From the human T2T-CHM13v2.0 reference genome, Homo sapiens, in NCBI RefSeq assembly GCF_009914755.1, contig NC_060929.1: a DNA stretch of 64,000 bases; one strand, written 5' to 3'. Under the pieces are notes generated by a model that made no database searches, had not been told where the DNA came from, and saw nothing but the letters and a program-made list of their open reading frames with translations. Positions 14,094 to 28,197 of this stretch are shown one piece after another. A program made the translations under genes and the position numbers. Numbering within the stretch: position 1 is the first letter of the stretch; every line of letters starts with the position of its first letter.

Positions 14094-14439
14094 TAAAATA
14101 TATGATACATAGATACATATTCACATGTATACAGGCATATATACATATATTTTATAAATATACATATCACATTGCAATACTTATAGGATCTTTGTGGTTA
14201 GAATTTGCCACATAAGGTGTTTTTAAAGTTGTAGTTAATCTCTTAATTTTTATTCTTAATCATAAAATGCATTTTTAAAGGTATATCTGAATTTGCAATA
14301 TAGATTCTGCTTTAAGTAGCATTTCCAGTTGTCCCACACTAATTAGCGTATACAAACTGAAATAACTATAATGTGGATTTCATTAAAGTTACGAGACAAT
14401 TCAGTAAAGCCATTTCTCTAGGAATTGAATTTCTTTAGC

Positions 14440-15180
14440 TCCTACCAACCCAATGATGAATCCAAAATTTACATACACATCCAACAATATTTCACAAGCT
14501 CCATAACTTCATCCCTGTATCTATTGGGCGTTTCCACTTGGATGGCCCATGAGCACCTAAAATTTTACATTTTCATACTTCGAAGATGCCTATCCCCTAT
14601 AGTTCATTCCTTAGTGGATGACTCTGCAATCCACCCAGTTATCAACTGGTCTGAAAACATCCTAGTCAGAAAAGAAGACATCTTACATGCCTTCCTCTAT
14701 TTCTTTTAATTTCTGTATTTCAATGAAGTTGACAATTTTGTCTCACAAATTTCTATTGTATCTACCTATTCCTATCTAAGTCCATGCTAGTACTTTAATT
14801 CAGGGCCACATCTTTACTTTCTTGGCTTCTTATCTAGTCTTGTCTCCTCACATTCCATTTTACACTCTCATTAAAATATCTTCTCATTAACATACATATT
14901 TAGTTGTGTTATGCCTTTGCTCACAGTTTTGAAATGGTTCATTTTAACTTTGAAAATGCATCAAAGATGACTCCACATCCCTTCATAGTATGCACACAAC
15001 AAAGTTCTTCTTTAAATTTCTTTGTATACTCGATCACTCTCAAACTTTTGGACTTTGATTTTCATGTTCCCTGCCATTCGACATGTTGTTTCCTTTGCCT
15101 TAAACACCTACGTTGGATTTTTCCATTGAGTCTCAATAAAACCATATTCTCTTCTGTAAAGGATTTCTTAATGCTGTTCA
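14440..15180 (+). mobile_element. L2 fragment
   Basis: 'ctattgggcgtttccacttggatggcccatgagcacctaaaatttta' and 'caatccacccagtt' match L2 motifs. Confidence 0.7.
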
Positions 15181-15479
15181 TGAAGGGCCTGAAAAAATTC
15201 CAATTTAATACACATTGTTTCTCTTACAAACTTCCTTTATAGAAAGAGCCAAAATGTATTAGACTTTTCTATAATATTTGTGGGATATGCCCTCAGGCAA
15301 AAATGTAGGCGACTCAAATTATTTGAAGCCTGAAGGCTTCTAACTCAATGCCAGTATTGCCAACTATATTGCCTTAATTCCCTCTCCTATGAAGATAATT
15401 TTCTTTGGGAAAAAAGAGGCAAATTCATACTTTTTAAAACTTCAAGTGCCTCCTGCCATGAACTCTATGACATTGGTAA

Positions 15480-15933
15480 TGTTATCAAATCATCAGGCAT
15501 TCAGTCTAGCTCCTGCTGCTCACCACACAGACGGCCAATCACTGAGACAATGAGTATTGACACGGAAGAAGGCGTTAATCAGGTGCTGCAGTTGAGGACA
15601 TGGCAGATCAGTCTCAAATCCATCTGCCTCACTGACTAAGCTGGGGGTTTATATAGCAGGAAAATAATGCAGCTACCTGCCAGTAAACGGGAATTTGGGA
15701 AGAGTAAGGAAATCATGAAGATGTGGGGTCTGGCTTCTCATGGTCTGGATGTGGTGATCTGGTGAGTTTCAGTTCCTTGATATTATCTTGGAGGACTGAG
15801 GGTCTGTTTCCTGAGGAAGGAACTTAGATAAGAGAAATGTAAGTTTCAAGCTTTAAGTTTGGGAAGGTCAATTTCTATCTATATTTTAAAAGGCTGTAAA
15901 CATGAATTCTATGAGACACTTTGTCCAGTTTCA
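15480..15933 (-). mobile_element. ERV1 solo LTR (LTR26-like)
   Basis: TG...CA termini; 'ggccaatcactgagacaatgagtattg...cagtctcaaatccatct...gggtttatatagcagg...ctatgagacactttgtccagtttca'. Confidence 0.7.
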
Positions 15934-17151
15934 ATATTTATATTAATACAGACTGAATTTATTCTAAAGAAGATCTATATATTTACCAAGCCGTTTAGAC
16001 AGGATGCTTACTAACTTGTTGGGATCTGTGGACCAATTTTTCAGAGATATATTAAATATGTTAATGGCCTCCAATCTTGTTAAAGCCCAATTTATTTTTC
16101 CTTCCATTATCTTCTATGTGGCATATAAACAGAGGATCTGGGGCGTACAACTTGATTTCAACTTTTTACACTGGTTAATGCCCTTGGCTTATTGTATCTG
16201 GTGTACCAACCAAGCACACACTATGGCAGCATCACCATAAATGATACATGCTAAAAAATTGTTTTTCAAATATCAGAAAGGGAATTAGTTACCTTTTAGT
16301 AATTAGAGACACAACATTGACTACCCTTATGTTATCCTCAAGGTATCTGTTGTTGTAAGTTGACAGAAACCTAGCCTATCAAAGTTGCTAAATGGTTACT
16401 ACGTTTTATAAATATCACTGGTAATTCAACCTCCACTTCTACTTAATCCTATAACCCTCAAATATAGCCTTCTCATGCAAGGGAATTATGTTAGCTGAAA
16501 CATGGCTATGCCTACAATTATTTTCTCAAATAACAGCCTGTAATTCCTTACCTTTACTTTGATCTACCTCTCCAGAACTCACTGTTACATCAACAAAAAT
16601 AATAAATTAAATATCACAATATGAGATGTCACATATGTCTGTTTATAAGTCAGTTTCCCCAGAAAGTTAATTCAAGCCAATATCAATGACCTTTTTTGAG
16701 AGTAAGAATTCTTGGATAGAAAGCTAAAAACTGGACATCCTAGAAGAGAGAATTGGGGGAATTCTAGAACATCAAATATTTGTTAGGTGCAAATAAATTC
16801 AAACCCAGATCTCTGTGACTGCAAAGCCTATCTTCCTTGCAATGAATTTCCTAGTACTTGTGCCCAATAGCCCTTAAATAAAATATAGAGCAAGCCTAGG
16901 CAGTTACTAAAGCCCAGACTTCTGGATGATGCTCTACCATAATAACTGAGTACAAGTTGCATCTGAGAATGATCACATTCGAGTGTTCATTCCTGAGTTC
17001 ATGGGTATGGAAACACTGACACTTTAAAACTGATCTGTTACCACCCAATATACCAAAAGTATGAGGACGCTGTATTAGGTCAAAGAGAGTCCCGGAAGGT
17101 GTATAGTATTAAGAGAATCACAGATGATCTTGAAAAGCATTGGGAAAAAGA

Positions 17152-17263
17152 CAGCCACGATGGCTCATGCCTAAAATCCTAGCATTTTGTGAGGCTGAGG
17201 TGGAACACTTAAGCCCAGGAATTCAGGACCAGCCCTGGGCAATACAGTAAGATCTTGTCTCTA

Positions 17264-17303
<40 letters not shown>

Positions 17304-17464
17304 TAGCTGAGCATGTTGGCATGGGCCTGTAGCCCCAGCTACTCATGAAACTGAGCTGGGAGGATCACTTGAACCCTGGAGGCAGAGTCTGCAGTGAACC
17401 TACATTACTCCACTTTACTCCAGCCTGGGTGACAGAGCAAGATGCTGTCTCAAAAAAAAAAAAA
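17152..17464 (+). mobile_element. AluJ with a T31 tract in the central linker
   Basis: Dimeric Alu with J diagnostics ('ttaagcccaggaattcagg', 'gggaggatcacttgaac') and a poly-A tail at 17452-17464. Confidence 0.93.
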
Positions 17465-20400
17465 TAATCTTTATAAACTTGGCTGCAAATTCTACCATGC
17501 TATTAATTATACATCTCGGAACAAAATAAATCTCAAGCATTCTAAAATTCAGTTACCCAATTTTTTAAGTGAAAAAGTAAGAGCACATAATTTTTTGGAC
17601 ATATTCATCCTTCATTAATATAAATATATGTCAGTCTGAAACATAAAAATGTTTAATTTGAAAAGGAAATAATTGCATTTCCTCTAAATTTACATCTGCG
17701 AAGAATGAATCAAAAGCCAGGGTATGGCCTGGCAGAAATGTATTTAATATTCAGTTTTTAAAAAAGTATCATGGACTACAGGTAAAGCAAATTTGACAGA
17801 CTAAATATCATAGTTTGGAGGATTACAGAAATGTAAAACTGTTGGCATAGACTGTAGCCTGAAAGAAAGAAAAAAAAAAACTAAATGAGGTATGATGTTT
17901 TTTAGTTAGAAAAAATAAAATATATTTGAGAGAAAAACAACAACAAAACAGATTAGTGAAATAAGAAAGACTGCCAAATTTTCTGTCAGCCTGCTACAAT
18001 TCTTTTCTGACCCCACTGCTACAGAAAGTAAATAAATCACTGAGCTTTTTCAACTTAACCTTAAAATTCATTGCAACAAAGTCTTTGGGATTATTACCAG
18101 CAGGTCACCATTTGCGCATGGAAGAAAAGATAATTTCCATCCTTAGAACAGATTAAACTCAAGGAAAACTCTCAGCAAGTGTGTCAAATCGATAAAGATA
18201 TTTTTGGTATTCTACCTTCTTCTCTCTGCTTAGGTAACTCTCTGATTAGTTCTTTTATATCCAGATACATCCTGTTCTAGGACCTACTCAATCTATCTAG
18301 GTTTGATATGGAAAAAAATGAGATGCATTTAGAATTAACCTTATTTTTCTCAATGTAATTCATGGAAATTCTAATGTGAATATTTTGGATTACTTAACTA
18401 ACAACTAGAAAAAGAAAACATGCAATGTATATTAATTTGGGAATACATTTAAGACATAGTGTAATGCATATCTGTTTACCTTCCTTTCATTATAAATCTA
18501 GTTTGATAAATTTGTACCAAAACATGACACAATAAAATAAATATCCAAAGATTTTACAAAATAGTCAAGAGAAAAAAATTATTTCCAACTCCCTTGATCC
18601 CTGAGGATAATGACCTATTCTGCCTGTATTTACTGCCTTCATAGTTTAGTCTAACTTTAATGTGAATGCAATTTTAAAATTGAAAATTAGTTTCTCTTTC
18701 TTATCAGTATGGAAATGAGAAGAAATTCAGGAGAAATTTTGTGCTTCTGTTACGGAGAAGCCATGTTTCACACCTCTGAGTGTGTGTTTTATTTTTCTAC
18801 AGCTTTTCAGAAAGTATAACTTTTGTGTATTTTTTTTCTCTTTCAGAAACTCAAGATCACCTTGACAATGATTGCTCCATTTGAACCATTTGAGAGAGAA
18901 CAGCAGAGCAATTTTACCAAGGACTAAATAGTTTCAAATGGGCTGAGATACTGATTCCAGACAGCCAAATGACCATTAAAACAGAGATGGGCGGTTGTGG
19001 AATATGAAACTAATTTGAGAAATGTGTATTTTGACATTTTTTATTACACAAGCAGTCATACACACTCTAACATTTCCTTTGAGATATGGGGAAAAGTTAT
19101 TCTTGCCACAGAAATGAAAGGGCAGTTGAAGAGGGAAACTCATTTATATAGATTTTCAAGTGACTATGATAAAACCAACAATACCAAAATGATATAAGTG
19201 GGGGAAACGGTATGTGCAGGAAGCCACTTAGCATCTGACCTTTGCCAGTCTAATCATCTCAGAGACACCAGGAGTCGACACAAAATCAAGTAAACACACA
19301 GAGCTGGGAAAAATTAGAAAATGTTAAAAAGCTACATTGCACTTCAAATCAAGTAATAGTATAGTAATATCTTGGTACCTAAAATCATATCTAGGCAAAA
19401 TATTTAAAATTCTTTTGGATAATTTGAACTTGTTGTGTTAAATAAAGAATAACATTGCTTAGCTATGTAGATTTCAATCTGCAGCAGTTTGGTTGAATAT
19501 AGTTCCTGATGTAGCACATAGAAACCAAGTAATACACATTTGCATAATTAATAAAATTATATATTTAGTTTAATTTCATATAACATTCTAATAAGGCAAT
19601 ATATTATTACAATTTTATAGCACAGTATTTCATTGTTGGAAGTGAAATCATTTACCTTAACATATATTTTGTATAATGAATCAAGTCATTATTAAAAGAA
19701 GGGGTCAAGGGATCTTACAGGTTTTAAACAAGCTGTTGTTAAATACACTGTGAATTAAATTTGCAAGTATCAAGCATTTGTTTGATTATATTCTTGGAAC
19801 ACTATAGCTCAACACAAAAATGGAAAACAAAATGTACAAAACCAAAAAGTAGTACTAGAAGTGCTCCTGCTCTTGAATTTTTATTAGTTTCCTAACTAAA
19901 TATTCAATTCTAGTGGTATAATTCCAATAGTCTATAGATTCTATATATGGCTGAGAAAACTCATTTGTAAAGTCTTTTTTTGTAGCATAAAAATAACTCT
20001 TGGTCCCATTTATCTGTACCTTCCTTTTTTTTTTTTTTACAAAAATATGAAGTTGTAGTTGAAATTGTATCTATACAGTTCTTGCCAATTATACTATTAT
20101 TCACATGCCACTTCAAGAATGTCACCTTACAGTTTTGTGGTTATCATTTGCAAAGTCTGCAATGCCTTTGCCTTAGAGGCTATGCAAATTTTTGTTAGAT
20201 ATAAGCCTTCTCATTTCTGATTTCAGGAAGTCAACATAACCCATCTGCTGCTTTCACTTCCCAGCTGTATGCAACTATGCCAAATTGCTCTAAGTTGAGC
20301 TTTATACTGTTTTCGTAGGCTATCTTTTACCCACCGTGCTTACATTTTCCTTGTGTAATTCACCCTAGACACAGGTGCAGATGGCATGTAGAGAAGAGCA

Positions 20401-22799
20401 ATGCATTTGGGAACATGTAATATTTGGCTTGCAAGGGCTTTGACAGAACTTCGAATTATAGTTCTAAAAAGTGAATTAATTTAGTGAAGGGATGGGCACT
20501 GGTGCATCAAAATGGATACAGCTCTCAAAATGATGCCTGATTCAAATTCTGTTTCCATGTTTCTTGAAGAAGTCACTTAGTTTTGTTGCTTCCTTTTTAA
20601 ACATTCCCAAAATAAAATCTTGTAACTTTTCAGTAACTTTCCAAGGATGTGCTTTACAAACAAATCTATATAGAGAAATTATTGATAGACCAATAGGATT
20701 TGTGTTTATTAGCAGTGTGCTATTATTAGCAGTGTAATTATAATATAGCCTTCTGACTGACATTAAGTGTACTAAATAGGCTTATGTTCCACAAGACATT
20801 AGAAGTAAGAATTGAGCAGGTAGGCAAGTCGTTATCAACAAGACCATTATAATGTCTAACTCCTCTGAAATAATCAAAAATAAAAAACATATTGCAAGGA
20901 AGTTATAACCTCATAATTGCCCATGAAAAGGCAATTATGGACACCATCATTTTGTTAACCCAGATTTGTGTATGGAAGCCATTAAAACTGCTTTCACTGC
21001 TAAAGATAATTTGTATTCCTTAGCAGTTTGGACTACACTGATAATATTTGGGGCTGGCAGGTTATTATTCTTCTTTACATGTTAACTTATTTTGTTATAT
21101 TTATAAAGAAAAACAGTGAGATGAGAAAGATGAGGAAATATACCTTAATGAGCAGTGGCAGAAAGAGTAAGTCATTCAAACTTTCAAACTCATGCTCATT
21201 TTAATATAGTCACTGTGTAGAGTGACTATAGATAATAAAAATCATGGAATAAATGTACTGCTATGCATGTTTATAAAGTATCTATTTGTAGATGATATTA
21301 GAACCCAAGAATATAGGCATTTGTGGCAGAAACAATGACCAAACACAAAAAATGTGTTGCTATTAGAAGTGTCAGCATATTTCATGGTCTGATCTGAATG
21401 TCCAGTTTTGTGTATAAAGGACACTTTTTACTAAGTGTAGCTTTTAATCTTGAACTGACATGATACATTCATCACAATTTAGTGTCAAGAGAGATACCAT
21501 CATATCTGCTTCTTGGTGCCAGAGACTTCAAGATGAAAAAAAAAAAGCACAAGTTTATCTGTAAGGATGTCAAATGTTTCTTAGGATTTTGACTTACTTG
21601 TCAGTTTACAACTTTTCCAAATGTCCTAGATATGCTTTAAATTAAATGTTAGGAAGAAAGGACAGCTCATAACTTGCATAAGTTTAAGAGAGAGGACAAA
21701 CTGCACTTTCTCCTTCCTAATTCCTTGCCACCCAAATCAGGATACAATGGAATCATGAAAGATATTGATTCAATTTTTTCACTTTAAGAAAAGTAATTTC
21801 AAAGATACTCTCTATACAAATACATTTCTGATACAAGTCTGTGAATAATAATGGATATGAAGTGACACAGAACAATGAAAGCGTGCTCCTCAAAATAGAT
21901 ATGTAAATTTAACATTAAAAGTCTCACATTTTTAAAGGCCCATTTTCTTTCAAAGAATATAGAATGAGATTTAACACAGTATTAACTAGTCAAAAGTTAT
22001 TCTTTCTAATTTCAAAAAAAAATTTAAGTCTTGGCATTACTTTAATCAAATATGCATAAATATGTATATGTTAAATAAGTCAAAAATCACTCAAAGTCAG
22101 AACAAACAACATACGGCAATTTCTGATTGCTTTGAAGATGGGAGAAAATTATGCCATATTTATTTTAAAGACTATTTTATTACACTCTATGCTATGCTAG
22201 TCATGGAACATATTTTCTGTAGAATGATTTTATTGCATAAAATCTTAATATTCCCTGATTTCTCAGCTAATTTCTTTTGGCCTGAATTAGTTCTGCAATT
22301 ACTTACTCATGTAAGAAGGATGTGCATGAGCCTATGGGATTTTTTCATTCTATTATAGAAAAGCAGAGGTGTATATACATATGTTAGATAGATAATTATT
22401 TATTTTCATAATTATTTATTGAGAGCCTAATATGAGTTGTGTGCTTGCTTTCAAAGAGTTTTATGTTTACTGACACGCAGTTCCAGTTCTAGTTACATGT
22501 AGTACATGGATAGTTAGTGTCAGTTGGTTTTTCAATCAATCCATCCAGTTGCTTATAGAAGAATTGGAAATGCTGCAAAATAGGCCATTGTTAACATTCC
22601 ATAGATATGGGTAATAAGTGGGACACACATACCCCATGAAACAAGACCATAGTGAGGGGAAGAAGCTATTCTATCTTTCTTTAGGGAATGAGGGATTATC
22701 TGTATATCCGATAAGATTAAAATGGGAAAAAAAGACAATCTCTTCTTTATTACTAGACAAACATACTGAACAATTACATGCAACTTTAGGGTAAGATAA

Positions 22800-23350
22800 T
22801 ATCTTAACTAATTCATGTATCTATGGCTTCTCCAGAATCCTCCCTGCCCCAATCCAAGAGTAATGTTTTAAACAACACAAATCTGTAACATCTTCACTCT
22901 AACTATTCATCAGCTTCCCAAAGTGCTTGAGATAAAGTCTCTGAGCCCTTGTTTACCAGCAAAGAGTCATCTGTGAGGAATTTTCTTTGCCTTCTGGCTT
23001 GCCTTCTCCAATTCCATGTACCATTTCTTCACCATTGCCAGACACCCAAAGTAGAGTGTTTCTATGTTATTTTCATCATTTTCACTTATTTACTTCCTAC
23101 TTTCCCTTAAATCTCACCACAAGTATTACCTTTAAGGGAAACCTTCCAAAATCAGTACACCACTTTTGTTTAGTTCCTGTTATAATTAATTATAATTTTA
23201 ACATAATATGCTATTTTGATTGATGCCTTACTCTAACACTAGAAGCTCCAGAGGACAAAATTTTGTCTATTTTTAGTCACTCATATATACCATCATATTT
23301 CCCATTGGTTGGTAGTCAATAGCTAATAGAAACCAAAATAATATTTAGTG
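22800..23350 (+). mobile_element. L2 fragment including the 3' end
   Basis: 'acacaaatctg...cagcttccca...ttgagataaagtc' and 'tagaagctccagaggacaaaattttgtctatttt'. Confidence 0.6.
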
Positions 23351-25049
23351 AGGGGCTGTACCTCAGTGTATACAAGCAGAGGAGAACATTAGCGAAATGA
23401 ATATTGAAGTAGAATTTTGGGCAAGATTTGATCAATTTAATACTTAGATACACTTTATAATTGTCTCTGCTGTAGGAGTTGTCTACTTAAAATGTATATT
23501 TGGTGGTTTACCAAGTAATGTTCCTGTACATTATTTTATCTGGTCCTCTTAGTTGCTATAATAAGTAAACAGTGGCTGATTATCACACACACAGATATTA
23601 AGGTGTCATCTACATACTTGTCAGATGTCCAGAGTATGGGAAATTGCACTCCTCATCTTTTTGAATCAAAGTTATATCATATATCACAATGTACAACTGT
23701 ATTTTACTGAAATAAATGTCTGAGAGTAAGATACTTTTTTACCTTTAGGTTTTGTTTTTATCTCATTGCTTCAACTACTATTGGAAAATATGAGCAATTA
23801 ATAAAGTTCTCTGTTTTTATTTTTGGGTTTTGAATATGAATTAAAATGAAAACTCCTTTCCTTACTAACTTTACTAGTTTGAAAAAGAAAAGCTAAGGAG
23901 TTAGTTATTTTAGCAGAATGAAAATAGTAAAGGAAATAGAGGAAATTGTGTTCTTAGGTTCAGGCCTTACATGTTTGAAGCCAGTGTGTAGTACACAACA
24001 GAAACTAACAGGATTATCATTGATTCTTCCTCAGTATTAAATTTAATGTTCTGTTTTTATTTGGTTTTACCAAGCATTGAACAGTCTTAGAGCTGTAACT
24101 AAAGTTACATATTTTCTTTTTCCATTTCAGAGGCTCATTGTAACGCTTTTTTTTTGAAATCAGAAAAAATATATTTTTTACCCAAATTTGCAACTGAAAA
24201 TATTTTGTTTTATTCATTTCTTTGATAATGTTAGTGTCTAGTAGATGCAAGACAAGGAAAATAGCTCATGTCTTTATATTATGAAAATAATTATCAATTT
24301 CCCATTTTTAGCTTTGTTGCCAACCTATTGTCTTAGGCAAGATTTTGTGCCATTCATTTTACCAATCTATAAGTTTGACATAATATTGTCTATTTTACTT
24401 TAGAGTTAGAAACATGCTAGAGGAGATATCAGTATTAACAGATAATTCTATAATAAGTTTGAAAATATAGGATAACCTTTATATATTTCTAACTCACTTT
24501 ATTTTCACCTAATTATTCCATCTGTCAATGCAGAGTTCTTCATTTATGACCTTTGATGTTCAAATTTACTTTTCTTGAATTCCATTTTTGTGTAACTTCC
24601 AGTTATAATATTTTTGAAACGAAATTCCTCTAAGAAAAACCAGCTTATTATCAAACTAAAACAAGAGCAAAAATGTAAATTTTGCTTTTATAGCATTTGT
24701 GAAAATGCCTAGAACAGACATTATCATCCATAGTTTGGTAAGTCTTTAGAAGCTGAAAAGTTTAACAATTAATGCATTGTCTGAAATAATGTAGAAGGAT
24801 TCTCGTGTTTTAGAGCAATAGTCAAAATACTTTATTATGCATAAACTGTTTACAATTCCACCACCAAAACACCAAAGGGAACTCAAAGTTATAAATAAGC
24901 ACACAGATAATCAAATTATAACTTCTATATGGAGTGCTAAACAAGTCATAGGGTTAGAAAGTTGGGAGCTTTGTTATAAGAACCTCTGTTCAAGATTGTG
25001 AGGTTTCCAAAATGATGATTTTCTTAATTGACTAAAATTTTAAAAAGAA

Positions 25050-25466
25050 GAATAAAAAACTTCAGAAGTAATTTGAAAAGAACTAATAGAATAGGAGAGT
25101 GTAGCAGGTGACATGTCTCAACCATTTTCAATGTTCAGAAGATGTATAGAAACTGGAGCACTTCTATTTAGGAGACATTTTATCAAAAATTTAAAATAAA
25201 TAATAAATAAATAAAATAAATAGATGTTCCCAAAAGAAGATATGAAAAAAAGAAAAACAGTAATATGCAGCATAGAGTGACAAAGAAATGGAAAATATGG
25301 AAGGAATACCAAGATATATGAAGGATAAAAGAAGAAAGTTTAACATAGTTCTATTTATAGTTCCAGAAATAGTTAATAGAGAAAAATGTTGGAGAGGCAG
25401 CATAGAAAGGTATATTGATTAAATGTTTTCCAGAAATGTTTAAAGTCACAAATTATACATACATAC

Positions 25467-25519
<53 letters not shown>

Positions 25520-26560
25520 TGAGATGGAATCTCACTCTGTTGCCAGGCTGGAATGAAGTGGCATGATCTTGGCTCACTGGAACCTCTGCCTCCCGAGTTC
25601 AAGCGATTCTCCTGCCTCAGCCTCCCAAGTGACTGGGACTACAGGCACTAGCCACCATGCCCAGCTAATTTTTGTATTTTTTTTTTAGTAGAGATGGGGT
25701 TTCACCATGTTGGCCAGGATAGTCTTGATCTTCTGACCTAGTGATCTCCCCACCTCAGCCTCCCAAAGTTCTGGGATTAGAGGTATGAGCCACCACACCC
25801 GGCCTAAAGTCATAAATTCTTAAATGAAAAAGAATGAATTCCAGGAAGAAATAAATAGATTCTCATTTGTTCAGATCATAGTGAAGTTGCAAAGCAGCAA
25901 ATGCAATGAAAATGTGTTAAAAGTAGCTGTGGGAGCAGTGTGGAAAGAAAGTATGTATAAATAGTGATGATTAGATATAAACTACTGGGTAGCCCAAACA
26001 GGAAAAAAAAAATTAATTAAAACAAAAAAAAGAAATTAAAAAGAATATAAAAATAAAATGAAAGGATCAAAAAAGCATATAAATAATTTTTCAAAAATTC
26101 TAAGACTAAAAAGAAATTTAAAAATTAGAACTGAAGTACTTTTACAGTATTTCCTTCTCTGCTCAAAGGAGAAATAATATTAGGGAAGAAAAAAAGAAGT
26201 AGGCCATAAAAGCAGCATGTATTTAAAAAGTATTAAAAAAGTAAGACAATATGATCAATATAACGACAGCATATTTGATAATTTACATTTAAAGAAAGAA
26301 AAATATAACAAGAAAATAAACTCAAGTATAAATGTAAAAACAGCAATCCAATCAAATACATTAATGTTAAAAAATTGTTTTACCTACCAAATAGAAAATT
26401 CAGTCCTACAGATGAGTTATATCACATACTTCAAGGAAGGAAATTCCAACAATACCTTAATTCTTTCAAAAAATACAAAAAGTGAAAGTACTCAATATTT
26501 GCAGTGAGTCTAGTCTCCCCATGATATTAAAATAAAACAAGGACCATAATAGAAATAAAC
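25050..26560 (+). mobile_element. Ancient L1M remnants (ORF1 to ORF2 region)
   Basis: A-rich plus strand; 'aacatagttctatttatagttccagaa...tttccagaaatgttt', 'catagtgaagttgcaaa' resemble old L1 ORF1. Confidence 0.5.
25455..25804 (-). mobile_element. AluS whose tail includes a (CATA)/(TA)n microsatellite
   Basis: Full dimer at 25502-25804. TSD taaagtca(c/t)aaatt at 25441-25454 and 25805-25818. Confidence 0.95.
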
Positions 26561-26565
26561 ACTAT

Positions 26566-26985
26566 TGATATGGTCAATAAATTTCATGCTGAAATGTCAT
26601 CCCCAGCGTTGGAGGCTTCCCAGTGTTGATGATGTGATCTCCAATGTTGCAGGTCCTAATATTGGTCCTGGTGGGAGGTCTCTGGGTCATGGGGAAGGAT
26701 GCCTCATAAATGGCTATTACAATGAGGATTATAGTAATGAGTTACCATGAGACCCAATTGTTTAAAAGTGTCTGGGACCTCCCTGTCTCTCACCACATGA
26801 TGCGCCTTCTCTTCCTCCTCCTTCTGCCATGATCATAAGCTTCCTGATGCCTCCCCAGATGTCAAGGATATGTTTGTGCTATGCTTGTACAGTTTGTAGA
26901 AATGTGAGTCAAAATAAAACTCTTTTCTATATAAATTATCCAACCTCAGGTATTCCTTCATAGCAATGCAGAATGGATGAATACA
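26566..26985 (+). mobile_element. MSTB-like MaLR solo LTR
   Basis: tgatatggt...cctcaggtattccttcatagcaatgcagaatggatgaataca; 5-bp TSD actat/actgt. Confidence 0.88.
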
Positions 26986-27257
26986 ACTGTAGTCAAGATT
27001 TATTATAAAATACATGCAAAAATCTCAAAGGGAATAGAAATATATATAAAACATATTTTAAACATACTAAGGATAGTACACACATACACGTACATGTGAA
27101 AGTCATCGGAATTAAAATGGAGCCATGTGTTTTAAAAACTCTGACAAGTAGATCCAGGGAAGACCATGAAAGTACGGTTCTTATGCACAAATGCCTGATA
27201 ACAAGAACTATTACAAAAGACTCTGCAAAATACATAGTCTTGCACAAAAGCCACCAG

Positions 27258-28197
<940 letters not shown>

